This document shows, piece by piece, positions 1 through 12,494 of a DNA stretch of 64,000 nt. The stretch lies in contig CDRNST010000287.1 in NCBI GenBank assembly GCA_977016875.1, forward strand, positions 372,001-436,000, given 5' to 3'. The notes below the pieces were generated by a model. The model ran no database searches and had not been told where the DNA came from. It saw only the letters and a program-made list of their open reading frames with translations. The position numbers were made by a program, and so were the translations under genes. Each line of letters opens with the position of its first letter. The first letter of the stretch is position 1. This DNA is from Pavona decussata (taxonomy: Eukaryota).

Positions 1-88
1 TGAAAGTAACCGGGTAGTGTCACAGTTGCAAGCTTTTGAAAGCTTATCAGCTTAGGACTTACTCCTGAGCCCCATCTTATGACCTACT

Positions 89-430
89 TAGGCCAGGTTC
101 AGACGCTGCACTTTACATGAACCGAATCGAATTTAATGATTGGAATTACTGACGTTCATGTGAAGTAAGGCGTCTAAATCAATTAAGAACGGCGGATTTT
201 ATTCAGATCGGCTCAGCCCTTTTTCCCTCCGGACTCAGATGAGAATAACAGCTGTGGAATCAAACGAAGAATTTGATCCAAATCCACAATTTCCATCAGT
301 CATATTAGGATTCAGTGTGTTTATTTTGGCTAAATTAACTTCGTTATCTAAATCAGTTCAGCTGGGATTAATAATTTGGGTCGGTCTATATCCGAATTCG
401 ATTTAAGAAACGGCATCGGAACAGGGTCTT
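89..430. mobile_element. Degenerate PIF/Harbinger-like MITE
   Basis: Left end TTAGGCCAGGTTCAGACG..CTTTACATGA resembles the Harbinger terminus at 20355 (TAAGGCCCGGCTCATACG..CTTTACATGA); weak inverted match near 395-430. Confidence 0.4.
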
Positions 431-790
431 GTAAATACACCTTGTAACTGTGGTTTCATTGGTCTTTACCTCACTGACAAATGGTAAAAGGCAATGTTTA
501 ATTTTTTTTTTTTTGGTCAAAGGAGTTGTGATTGTGTAAGCTAATGAAAAAGTATGAATTTAATACCCGTTCAATAGGAAATGAAAAGTCAATAACCATA
601 TCTATTTCTCGAAATACATATAGGTTGAATAACTGTACTTTTCAGGACGGAGCATGAAAATATGACAAACACGGCCTGAAGCCGAAGGAAAATCCCACAA
701 AGTATCTCTCGATCACCATCGATGGGATGGACCAGGCAAAACACAACTTGCCGCATTTCAATCTACACACTAAGGTAAAAGTACAGCACC

Positions 791-791
<1 letters not shown>

Positions 792-827
<36 letters not shown>

Positions 828-832
828 GTAAT
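792..832. repeat. (AAT)n microsatellite in intron
   Basis: Direct reading of the run. Confidence 0.95.
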
Positions 833-1647
833 ATTCTGAAACAATATTCCCATATTCACTTCATTAATGTTATCAAACCACAAACGATCTGATTGATGTT
901 TCAAATTCTTAATTTTACATTAATGAATGCTACCTGGAAGATGCCTATTGACTAACGGGGGAATGATAATCTGTTTTCAACTGAAACTATCCAATACCTT
1001 ACTTATATTTTTCTGATATGATTATAAGACCCCTGCTGTTATTAATCTAAAAATGCAGCTCTGATATTGCACACTAACCGACAACCAGTTGTAAGTGCTT
1101 CTTTGTGCTCTATATTTGAGCGTTTAAAACAGTTTTAATCTTTACTCACTTCTTTATGGCTTTAATTTAAAATAACGATTTAGGGGATTAGATCGACGGA
1201 AACGCCTGGCGTTTGAAAACGCATGTCACTGGTGTTCTCACAAATCACCACACTTCGGCATACGTATACATAGACCTTTACGAGTGGGCTCATGACTCCA
1301 ATCTAACCATTGATGTCTTGCTGAAAATGTTGGCGGATGTAAAAACGACGGTAAGTGAATAAATTACACTCATTTCCAAAAATGTTGACACCTAAAAAGT
1401 ATAAACCATGAACGATGAGACCTAACAGATTTGTGGGTAGTGTTTAAAACTTGGCCCTTGTTGGCCAACTTGCACACTTTAAGGAAAGCTTGGACAGTTT
1501 CCATCATTCATCACATGCAACTAATTTTGGCTATTAACAGTCGCACGAGAATAGAATATTATGCAAATAAATTAAGTATACTTATACCCATAAAGCCACT
1601 GGGTTTTATCGTTCACGGTTTATGCTTTTTAGTTGCTAGCGTTTTTG

Positions 1648-2044
1648 CCTGGGAGGGGGGGGGGGGTACTCCCCAAAATAATGGATAGGGGTGTGCGGCC
1701 CGCTTCCTAAATTCCTTACCCTGTTTATGACCAAAATCTCCGATTTTCCGTACCCTATTTATGACCTGATACTGTCTGGTCAACTTCAGTTCAAGCCGAA
1801 GTGGCACGTACACAGTTGGTGTAAACATCATAATGAAGAAGTAGCTTCTTGAAAAAAAAAGAAAAAAAAAAAAAGAATTCAAGACTAGAGTGCAAAGATT
1901 GATACCCTATTTATTACCAAAATGGCGGCAAAATGGCTAAAATTGATACCCTATTTATGACCAAAGCGGCTAAAACAACATACCCTTTGGTGCGACACAT
2001 ACCTATATAGCCAATAAAAGGGAGTACCCCCCCCCCCCCCTGGG
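1648..2044. mobile_element. MITE with CCYGGG(G)n-TACTCCC terminal inverted repeats and 8-bp TSD
   Basis: TIRs CCTGGGAGGG..GTACTCCC / GGGAGTACCC..CCTGGG; CGTTTTTG duplicated at 1640-1647 and 2045-2052. Confidence 0.9.
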
Positions 2045-2174
2045 CGTTTTTGCAATCAAGTGTATACTAAAGTAACTGTTTTATGTAACTAAATTTTGTG
2101 AAAAATCTCGTTATATAATTCTCTGGATATAATGCTGCTAAACTGTTTTTTTGCCAGTCCAAAAATTGTGTATA

Positions 2175-2331
2175 CAGTCGACTCCCGACCACTCGAACCT
2201 TTGCTAACTCGAACCAATTTTCCTCTACCTTTAGATCATTTTCTATAAAATTTTACCCTCCATAACTCGAGCTCTAGATAACTCGAACCTTTCAATTTTC
2301 CTTGGAGGTTCTAGTTATTGGGAATTGACTG
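2175..2331. mobile_element. Tc1/mariner(pogo)-type MITE, TA TSD
   Basis: TA|CAGTCGACTCCCGA...TGGGAATTGACTG|TA with internal AACTCGAA motifs; same family as 33651-33810. Confidence 0.85.
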
Positions 2332-2405
2332 TATATACCTCTTACTAAGCATACTTTAAACTTACAATACGGACCGAGAACAAGAGGTTAGTAGCTTTTA
2401 TTTAT

Positions 2406-2619
2406 AGGGGACCCTAAGCACCGACATTTGAAGCCACAGACGGCAACCGGAAGTCGAATGTTTTCGTTTATGACATGGTTTTGCTCCTTACAACGGAGAG
2501 GAAATGTTCTTGTTGATAGCTTCACGTTACAAACCCCACGACATGAAAATGCTCCAAAAGGGGAGAAATTCAATTTCCGGTTGCCGTCCGCGGCTCAAAA
2601 ACGCCTGGTTAAGAGCCCT
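2406..2619. mobile_element. MITE (AGGG..TAAGCA termini), nested in another repeat
   Basis: Inverted pairs GACGGCAACCGGAA / TTCCGGTTGCCGTC and AGGGGACCCTAAG / TTAAGAGCCCT. Confidence 0.7.
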
Positions 2620-4158
2620 ATTGTAAATCTGGGTGTTAATCGGGCGCCCGGGAAATGAACAAAATTTCCAATTTATCTGGCCCTAGAATTGACTAATCAT
2701 ACCGCACATACTAACTGTGAAATATGATGAAAGACTTTAACAACCGGGCTACACAAATGTGATTGAAGCCCTGTTGTGTATTTCTAACTGTATCACTTCT
2801 ACCAACCTAAACACCGCCTTGATTGGAAACAAAGGGGTCTCTTTTGTTTTCTACCATGGTTGTGAATGATACTAAATGATCTCTGATCTTTGTGTTTCTT
2901 CCTTTTTTTCAGTTGGGGTATCTACCATTAACATTGTACCTCCAAATGGACAATTGTTTCCGGGAAAACAAAAACAAATTTGTAATCAGTTTCTTGTGCA
3001 TCTTGGTGGAGATGTACATTTTTGACAAAGTAATGAACGCTCATCAAAATCAGCGCAAACCCTACTCCGTGAAAAATATTGATTTACCATCACACTGACT
3101 CTCCTTTTCACTACTTCTTCCTCCCTATGTCATTTTCTACGTATCAGTCGTGTAGATTAATTTTTAAACTTTCAAAAGTCAAGTTATTTACAAGCGGTCA
3201 AGAAAACAGTAACTGCGTAAAAATATACCAGAGTCATATATAAATTAAACCAATCACACAGAAATATTTATATAACTGCAGTTAGTGTATAATGTAACTG
3301 ATGGTGGCATTCAAACTTGCCAATACATCTTTTCCAAACTAAAATATGTTCTCTGTTGCGATCTGAATTAGTAAATACATCAGATCTATTTTAAACTTAT
3401 ATTTGGCGCAAAACAAACTATGTCATTTTGTTTGTTTTTCAGATCAAATTGTGTTTCCTCCTAGTCGGGCACACCCACAAAGACATCGATCAGATGTTCT
3501 CGTGTTTTGCCTGACGACTCGCCAAACAAGATGCACACATAAAGGTGGACCTTTCAAACGTGATGGAAAGCAGGTACACCGCAAGGGTCTCTATGAAACC
3601 TTTGTCTACCGCCGTAAATGTGAAAGATTGGATGGGTGAAGTATGTAACGACATGAGTGGTCACGTCTTCCAGCACCAATTCAAGATTGTACGAAACAAA
3701 GAAGGGAAGGCAGAGGTGATTTACAAAAAATGGCCTTCAAGCGAGAAATGGCTGCCGGAAGGAAAGAGTGGGATTAATGTCATCGATGGTATTCCCACTG
3801 GCGATCCCGAGATATTGCCTCCCCGAATCGATAACATTAATCTCAACAGAATTGAAGAAGACCTGCCCAAATTCCAGATAAAGTTTGATGAAGCAACCGA
3901 GAAGTGGTAAACAGACTTCATCGAGGCACAGAGGAGAAGAGAAACAGAAACACCAAATCTTCAATGGTTGTTGCCCACGCCAATCCCTTCTAAAGCAGCT
4001 AATTTCAGCGAAGTACCCTCGTCAACATCATCAGAAATTGAAGGATTGCCAACAAATAACCAAAGAGAAGTGGAGGTGAGGATAATAAAAGATGCGTTAT
4101 GTATGCTGAAACTAAGGTCATACATTTGGGTTACTTCTACGGCGAAAAATATTACTTA

Positions 4159-5614
4159 CAGTCAAACCGGATGTTCTTTTCCTCGCAACTTTGCAAACTT
4201 CCGTCGCAATGTTGGTATTTTGATTGGCAGTTTGCTCAGAACAATTTGCAACACTGGCGCGATCAATTTGGAACCGTTGCGAACAAATTGTAATTTTCAG
4301 TTCCGGTTCACTGTTGGACTATCTCTGAAGCATTTCAACCGGCGCTAAAAAAAATACGGTCAAGATTGGCTTGTATCAATTGTAGAAAAACAACCTCGGT
4401 TCAAAAAGGGAGGAAATTTCGCCCTTAGGATCGTCTGCTGGAAGAAATTTGCAACTGGCGCGATCAAATTGCAACCGTCGCGAACAAATTGTAATTTTCA
4501 GTTCCGGTTCACTGTTGGACGATCTCTGAAGCATTTCAACCGGCGCTAAAAAAAATACGGTCAAGATTGGGTTGTATCAATTGTAGAAAAATGACTTCGG
4601 TTCAAAAAGGAGGAAATTTTGCCCTTGGGATCGTCTGCTGGAAGAAATTTGCAACTGGCGCGATCAATTGGCAACCAGCGCGAACAAATTCTAATTTTCA
4701 GTTCCTGTTCACTGTTGGACTGTCTAGCGCGTGATCTGTGAAACATTTCAACCGGCGCTAAAAAATGGCTTATATCAATTGCAGAAAAACAACTTCGGTT
4801 GAAAAAAGGGAGGAAATTATTGCCTTTTGGTCGTCTAGTGTTAGACAAGCACCAATTCCTGAACGTGTTGGCCTTTCAAAAAAACCGCTGCCAACATTGT
4901 AAATAAGTTTTTGCAAACTGGAACCTTATTGCCGGGTAAACCTGGTTGGAAAGATCAAACAGTTTCAACACCCGACGTTGTCGAGTTTGTAGAATACTGC
5001 AAGACAAAGAAACCAAGTATTCAAACTTCAGAAATTCGGCAGTCTCTTGTCGACGAGGGACTTTTAGTGTTACATCGCCAATCGTCCTTCTCGTTCAACA
5101 ATTGGCGACATTTTATATTCTGAGAAACGACCTGTATTTTACTTTCAAGAAAATTTCCGTTACCCTTGAAGAGTGAAAACCTCATGAAAACTCGAGATTA
5201 CATTATGTTTATGTCTGGATCAGAACCACAGACAACTGCATTTCTAAACACTTCTGCCATGCATTCGGCGGGATTAATATTTATGTAACTCCCAAGTTGC
5301 AGGTCTTTGTACTCAAGTCTCACTTGTTCAGCTTGAAGTTGTTTTAAATACAGAATCACCGTTGTGACCCTCTTGAGTAGCTCGTGATAATCATCGATTG
5401 CTTTATCAACATAAAAGCTCGCATATCTGCCGCCAAGGTATTGAACAAGAACCTGAAACATCTTTGTCGATGAATTGGCGCGGCGACTTCGACCAGCTCG
5501 GTTGCAAATTGATCCCACCAATTGCAAATTGCTCGGAGCAAACTGCCAATCAAATTACCAATGTCGCGACGGAAGTCTGCAAAGTTCCACGGAAAAGGAC
5601 ATCCGGTTTGACTG
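4159..5614 (+). mobile_element. Non-autonomous Tc1/IS630-like DNA transposon with ~120-bp TIRs and TA TSD
   Basis: TA|CAGTCAAACCGGATGT... and ...ACATCCGGTTTGACTG|TA with a long inverted match (4159-~4280 vs ~5495-5614). Internal paired-HTH-like remnant at 4855-5175 (IVNKFLQTGTLLPGKPG..TPDVVEFVEYCKTKKPSIQTSEIRQSL..ILRNDLYFTFKKIS). Confidence 0.85.
4244..4840. repeat. Three tandem ~200-bp units inside the Tc1-like element
   Basis: CTGGCGCGATC recurs at ~4254, ~4455 and ~4655; CATTTCAACCGGCGCTAAAAAA occurs in each unit. Confidence 0.95.
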
Positions 5615-6018
5615 TAAAGTGGGTATGATATTTTTGGTATTCCCTCAAGGACGTTTATCTTCAAATAATGCGTACAAAGGCTAGATGATTATCTTTTGGG
5701 AGTGAGAAGGGGGGAGGGGAGGGGCGCAGAAAGCATTATTTAACTTGAAATACGTGACTCGCAAAACCTCACGAATCACGGGCTGGATAAAAACCCCTCT
5801 TTAGTAGTCTTGTAGCATGAAATGAGGAGGTAAAAACGTTTCTGAAAATAGCAACTATTTTGATGAGCATGGTGTTTTCGTAGTTCCACAGGCTAGATTG
5901 TGGTTGAAATCTATTTCTGATACGATTAAATGTACAACGATTTCATTGCCGGTTATTTTTAAAATTCCCGGGCGCTGTCATCTTAAGTTTTGAACATTTT
6001 TCATGTCATTCTATGGTC

Positions 6019-6295
6019 TATTTAACAATTATTCCACGAGCGCACATTAGATATGTTTTGATAGGTAGCCAGCCAATAATCATCTCATATCCAACAAGTA
6101 CGAGTGGAATAATTGTTTTATTGAAAGACAATCAAGAAATATTGCCAGATCTTGCAGATTTCCTTTTGCAAGAACAACTACAACACCATTTAATGGTAGC
6201 CATTTCTCAGGCATGGTATAATGGCTCATGTACTATGGCCACTAAGCCAATCAAATCCCTAGATTTGCATTATACAATGATCCAGTTTTTAATGA
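6019..6295. repeat. Interspersed repeat with internal hairpin, possibly a non-autonomous Crypton-like element
   Basis: AACAATTATTCCAC (~6025) and GTGGAATAATTGTT (~6104) form an inverted pair; the class is from recall only. Confidence 0.45.
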
Positions 6296-6389
6296 AAGAG
6301 TATAGACAATAGAAAATTGCAATTAGTGCGGTTTAGGGAACGAAAGTTAAATTAATCTATTACCATGGTTGACCCATGGTGCGTAAGAC

Positions 6390-7260
6390 AATTGGGCTAA
6401 TCGCAAGGTTACGGCATATTGTTCCTACTTACACTCTTTTGAATATTTATTAGTCTCTAATCGTACCTTACATAACATATGGTCTCATTTCTTGGGGCAA
6501 TGCATGTAAAACCTTTCTTGATCAAATTCTTGTTCTTCAACAGCGCGCATTGCGACTAATATATTTTGCTGAAACAAACAACCATGCCATACCTTTTTTT
6601 GTTAAAGCAAAAATATTACCAGTATAATTCTTGTATTATGAATCCGTTTGCAACCTCATGTTTGATATAAACGAAAACACTGCCCCAAGAAATATTTTAA
6701 ATCTGTTTTCTCGAATTTCTAGTGTCCATTCCTATAAAACAAGTTCCTCTACCTCTGATCATTTTTATACAAAGGAATCTCGCATTAATGCCAGACGAAA
6801 TGCATTCTCGCGTGTTGGGGTCAAGATTTGGAACGGGATACCTGCAACTCTAAAAAAAAAGTACAAAAAAATCTTTTATAGAATCTCTAAAAGGAAAGTT
6901 ATTTGATACACTTGAAACTGTAGACTCCTGTATTGAAGTGGAAACGATAATTGACCAAATGAAAAACTGATCATCCATATCCTTCTCTTTGTTAGTATAA
7001 TCTGTTTCTCCTTTTCCCTTTTCATCTCTTTTCTATTATAATATTAATGATAATAAAAAATTACATATAATTTACTTTAATTTTGATGTATAGTCTTTTC
7101 TAAATCTGCATTATTATGTAAAGTTAAGTTTTCCGTTTTCTAGCATGTTTGTAATTTACTGCAATTTTTTTTTGTTTTGTCCCGCCTCGACTAGCTTTGT
7201 GGCTATTTGCGGGACAAGCCCTTTATATAATCTATATCTGTAAATAAATTGTTGTTGCTG
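6390..7260 (+). mobile_element. L2/CR1-group LINE 3' end (RT C-terminus + 3' UTR)
   Basis: IGLIARLRH..TLLNIY*SLIVPYITYGLISWG..ILVLQQRALRLI..AFSRVGVKIWNGIP, then a 3' stem-loop (TTGTCCCGC..GCGGGACAA), AATAAA and a (TTG)n tail. Confidence 0.85.
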
Positions 7261-7460
7261 TCGTGCGTGCGTATATTCACTTATTCAAAAACAGCACTGT
7301 GAAGTGTGATTAGTCGGTGATGTCACTGGCGATTAATTTGAAGCCAGTTTAAAGAAATTTCGGCAAATTTTATCTTTCATCTTAGTAACGTTGAATTTTG
7401 CTGTAAAAAAAACCGAAAATTAGGTGCCACTGCTGATAGATCCGTTTTAGACTAATTGCA

Positions 7461-9049
7461 ATGGCTATATTAAAAGAAGCACTGCCACTTGTTTTAAGTG
7501 CAACTTTAAAAAGCAAAAAATACAACGGGGCACTCCTAGGACAAGTGTACGACATTGGTTATACATCTTATCATAATCATCAAAACTTTATTTTAAGAAC
7601 TTCACGACCCACACTCACTGCCTTGCATGCGAAACAGAACCATCACCACGTTTTATTATTAGACTTCTTCTTAAGATCTTCTTTCTTTTTTGGCAAATAG
7701 TCTCCTACCTCACTTCAGGAAGCAATAGAAAGACTAAAGGTGGAAAATGCACTGTGTTACTACTGGAGAGAGCTATTACAAAACTTAAATGTTTCAAATT
7801 CTCACGTCATTTCATCATGTCAAGTTCTTTGTACATTGGTTCGCAAATTTACAAAGAGAAGATGTGTTACATACTTGGCAAAAGATGCGCTTGCACCCCA
7901 ACATGAGGAGGATGAGTCAGCAATTCGTCAAATGCTGAAAAAATTCCATTTAAAAAAAGACCTAGGAAAGACATCATCCACAGCCCAACCCTCAGACACC
8001 TGTTTACATTGCCACAAACTAGGTCACTGGGCAGCTGAGTGCCCAGAGGGACATGAAGTAGAGTGGCTGGCAAAGCAGAAGTGTTTCTTTTGTGGTCAGC
8101 AAGGCCACATACAATCAGCATGCCCCAAGAAAAGTGAAAAACAACAACTGAAGTCTAAAGTCATACAAAATAGGCCTCCTGCTGTTAAGCACACATGGTA
8201 GCCAGCTAGCACATCTCTTACAAAGCTGTTAAGTACTTTAACAGCAAAACCTCTTGATCATTTTACCTGTTATAAACAACTTTCTACGTCACCCAGTAGT
8301 GATGGTGACCCTAGGTGCTTTAAACAAAGGAGTGTTCAGTGGTTTAATTCGCATAAAGGAAAAATCAATGGAAGCAAGGCTGCAACTGCCCTTGGATGGT
8401 ATGGCAAAAAGGCAATGCTTGACTACTGGAATCAACTTTTTAGTGATTTGCACGGCTTGCCAACTTCATCAAGTGAGTCAAACCTAGCTATGTTATGGGG
8501 ATCTATTAATGAAGATAGTGCTCTTGTCACTTATCTTAAAAACTTTTTTCCAAAAGACAAAGATGGATTGATTATAAAGGAAACTGGAATTTGGTTTTTA
8601 AAGGACAAAAACAACCGAGATTGGCTGGATCCTCTCCAGATGGTATAATTGAGCCAGATGGAATTTTAAAAACTGTCATTGAAATAAAATGCCCCTACAT
8701 GGGAGGAAAACCTATTCCTTACAAAAATGTTTGCATAAACCACATACCCCAAATCATGTTAGAAATGTACTGCACATCAACACAACAATGCCACTATATA
8801 GTGTGGACACCAATTAGTACAAAAGTCTTCCTTATAGAAAGGGATGATGCATATATAGAATTGCTTCTAAATTACTTGTACAAAGTTTGGGGCCTGGCCT
8901 CGAGCAAAATTGAACCAACATGGCACGAAGATGTCTTTGGCTTGAAGCAAAAGAGTAAGGAAATTGCACTTAAAAGCCCCTGCATAAGTTTTATTTCTAA
9001 TTCATTAGTAACACCAAATGCTCTTTCTAAGGAGGCTGTGTCATATTGA
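7461..9049 (+). pseudogene. Double CCHC zinc-knuckle + YqaJ/lambda-exonuclease-like (PD-(D/E)xK) nuclease, frameshifted
   Basis: Knuckles CLHCHKLGHWAAEC and CFFCGQQGHIQSAC, then Q.RSVQWF..KGKINGS, AMLWGSINE, SSPDGII, VIEIKCPY and PQIMLEMYC..CHYIVWT; stops and frameshifts separate ORFs 7740, 8415 and 8591. Confidence 0.85.
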
Positions 9050-10749
9050 GTAAGGCAAAAGAAGTTTCCAAATCTGCGGAAAATTAACATCTTTTGCTAA
9101 ATAACGAACAAAAAATTGCCCGCCATTTTGAAAATCATTGGGGTATGACGTGACGTCACACTGGCAGTGATCACTGAACCAATGTTTACCCTAGAGACGC
9201 CCGATCCCTCCTGAGCGCTATAGAAATCACACAGCATCCTTTTGACAAGAAAACAAGAGAAACGAAACTGAACTGTCTAAACACATTTGGGCACTCAAAG
9301 ACAACAACAAACCTTTTACCATTAAGTGGAGAATCGTTAAGCAGTGCAGACCTTACAACAACATTAGCAAAAACTGTGATTTATGCCTTTTTGAGAAATT
9401 TGTGATCATCTACAAGCAGCATTTATGTAATCTAAACAAGCGAAGCGAAGTAGCAAGTCCCTGCCCCCATCGAAATTGATACCTACTCAAGAACTTTGGG
9501 ATCAAGTAATGCAATCTTAGAATCACACGCGATTTCAGTTTTTACACCCCATTGTTCTTGTATATCATAGTAACTGTTTTTTATATCCCATAGCAACCTA
9601 TACTTAGTTTTTATTGGCAGCTCATGTAATTTAACGGTCATTCGTTTATATTGCCTGATAAGTGTGGTCACTCTTAGAGCATACAAAACAGCGTTGTTGC
9701 AACAAAAAGGATGAATTGGAGTCTTTCTACTAGTGATCTTTATTATTAACTGCTCCTCTCAGAGTTGAGCGCTCTTTAAATTTATTCTATTCAAGTTCAA
9801 GATTTTTTAATACCATTGCCCTGTACATGACGATGCATAATGTTACCAATTAAATGATTTTTTTTCAGGATGGTACTAATTCTGTTCTTACAAATGTTTT
9901 CAAAGTGGCCACTCTTTCCCAACCTTTATTTGAAATTGGCCACAAAAATAGTCAAGCTACATGAGAAGGGAGAGCTTGTTCCTCCTTCAAGCAAACAGAG
10001 GCAGAGGAGGACAATCTCTTTCATTTAGTTTTCTAAAGGGCCTAGACCCACTAAAAGTGAATGACCGGAAGGTCCCCACAACATGTAACAAACGTAAGAC
10101 TGAAAGCACTTTTTTTATCATTGTTCGATTATAATGTTGCAAGATATTGAGTGATTCTGACAAAAATAATCTACTTGGTAAAGGGAGCAACCTAAGTTAT
10201 ATCTTGTAGATGCTTTCCTTTAAGTAACCATACTTGTTGCAACAAGTTTTAGCGGCAATGTTTCAGCAGTACACTCGCTTAGGAGCTAAGTGCCAGTGCC
10301 CTGCTGGTACTATTTAAATATTTCATTTGGACCAAAATTTTGTTATGTTAAGCAGATCGTGTTCGTGTCAATTTCACTTGTTGTAAGTTTCCATGTATCC
10401 AAACTGTCAGATATGTTCATATTGTCCTTTCACTGTTTGTCTTTTGTTTTGTTATTTTATTGCCTTTGGCTCGTATTATTCTTGTTATCTGTTGTTAGCT
10501 TCAGTGTATGTATTTGTTTCTGTTCTAGAAACCACTAGTTACGATTTCATGTAAATTACAGTTTGAAGTAACTGTCACGTATGTTTAAATAAATTTACCA
10601 GTGCACTTGCTACAATACTTAGTAATAACGGCTGAAATTTTGCCTATATAAATTTTAATGTGTCATTTAACCCATGATTTGGTTAATATCAAATTATGCA
10701 CCTAAATCATTACCTCACAGCCGCCCCCTAAGGGCGAAAGGAGCTGATT

Positions 10750-10925
10750 GGGTAAATATTCCTCTGAAGAGCTGTTATTTGAACCTCTTGGAAGAGGACA
10801 TAGAACAATCAATGTTATGAAATGTTGCTTGTATTTTGGCATGTTCAAGTTTCAATTTTCTTTTTGAATGATCCTAGCATGATGCAAAAGATGACAGAAA
10901 ATAAATGTCTGTTAAATTGGCTCTC
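10750..10925. repeat. Dispersed repeat copy A (homologous to 22210-22385); likely minus-strand coding remnant
   Basis: Shares TAGAACAATCAATGTT.TGAAATGTTGCTTGTATTTTGGCATGTTCAAGTTTCAATTTTC with the 22.2-kb copy. Confidence 0.85.
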
Positions 10926-12494
10926 GCAGAGAAGGTACGTACATGTAACTAGGCATGGCTTCACAAAAATTATTTATTTTAACTAGCTATAATGAGACAG
11001 GATTGAGTGCAAAACAATTCCAAGGGACAAACTGTTTGGCTTGAACTTCTATTAATAAATAGGGTTCTTCTTCTGTTGTTTTGTAAAAGTTCTGACTTGA
11101 ATCTATTTTACAAAAGTATGAAGTGCATTTTCCTTGGGGATGCACAATCTGCGGGTCAGCGAGGCATGGGAGGCAGATGTACCAGGCATCTAAAAACATG
11201 TGAGGCACAAAAAGCTCGTACCCACTTCTCCTTTCCTGTTCTTGTTGCTGTTTGTCGCATGCTGGCACTATTTCGATCAACAAGAGGAGAGTTTTTCATC
11301 AAAACGTTGTCATACTGTTTTTTTACGACCACATTTCCATTCACACATGTAAGGTTAACAATATCATTTACATGCTGAACAGATGGCAAATAGACGAGTT
11401 CAGTTATGTGGAAGCCAACAAAAAATGCCTTATCACTTATGATCTGCCGACAGCGAGAAATCGCTGCTTTTATCTCTGTTTGGCAAAGTGTTTGGACATT
11501 GTGAAGGATGATGTTGTGGAAATGACCAAATCATTTATGATTTCTAACCAAGTGATTTGCTGTTAACACACAATAAGTTTACTTCTACTTCCACGATGAT
11601 TTAGAAAATTGTTCGCATTTACAAAATTCCAAGAAAATTCTTCACTTGTCACTTCGTTTACCTACTTGCCATTGTATGTCTTTTGCATCTGACACTATAA
11701 CCATCACTTTGTACTTTTTTTTTAAGTCACTACCTACGTTTAGTACATCGTGTCAGTGCCGTTTTATTGATGCCACCAATGGTCTTCAGTGAAACAACTC
11801 ACCCCCACCCACCTACTAGATATATAAGTATGTTGTGGTTTAAATTTGTTTGCGGTTTTACGTTTTTCAAATCAGTTTAATTTTAATTTCCGTTTGATTC
11901 AGATTATTATAATACATATGAGACAATGAAAGCCAATCACACTGTATTAGCTGACGGTATCTTGTACATTGGAATGTTTCTAACTTACACTTGTAGGACG
12001 GTGAAACAGAAGAAAAGGATTTACTTAAGTACTTATCCAATGCAAACTTTCCCAGGCTTGGGAAAAGGCCATCATCATGGTTTCAGGCGGTGGAAGCTTT
12101 GCAGAATGAAATGACAATGCAAATTCTCATTGGTCGAATTCCTCCTTTCATAGATGACTTTGGAGAAAGGTTAAATCCCTTTCATACGGCGTTCTTCAAG
12201 CACTTAGATTTAACAAAACAAAATATGAGCCTGCTATACATGTCTAAGGAAACGGCTATAAATGGCGGATGATTGAGGGAAAGGCATTGTGCTCGTAACA
12301 TCGCAGGGAAAGCTACGCTACAATTTTACCCCATGACTTCATATTAAAATAAAATTGAGACGAGAAACAAAAATGTTTTTCGTTTCTTTATTTATTTTAG
12401 CAAAATTAGTGGTAAAGTAGTATTTACTAGCCTTTTTATTTTGTAATAGTGAAGGTGAAAACTAGTTGCAAATTAGTGACTCCTGCAAATGTTT

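Larger units (their letters stand above)
646..4075 (+). pseudogene. Intron-containing DUF7869/Sola-like DDE transposase pseudogene (5' truncated)
   Basis: AG/GT-bounded exons 646-774, 1192-1350, 2913-3029 and 3443-4075 splice in phase 0. They read ITIDGMDQAKHNLPHF / HDSNLTID / LYLQMDNCFRENKN / FLLVGHTHKDIDQMFS. Disabled by a frameshift near 655, an in-frame TGA (~3512) and TAA (3908), and E>K in GHTH(E)DID. Confidence 0.8.

Noticed and set aside
4244-4840. Regular repeats as a CRISPR-like array
   Set aside because: The whole ~200-bp unit is repeated with no unique spacers; the context is eukaryotic and there are no cas genes.
11380-12330. Possible OTU-like protease exons (NRCFYLCLAKCL)
   Set aside because: The resemblance is limited to one short motif and the Asp/His are not convincingly placed; it needs a profile search.
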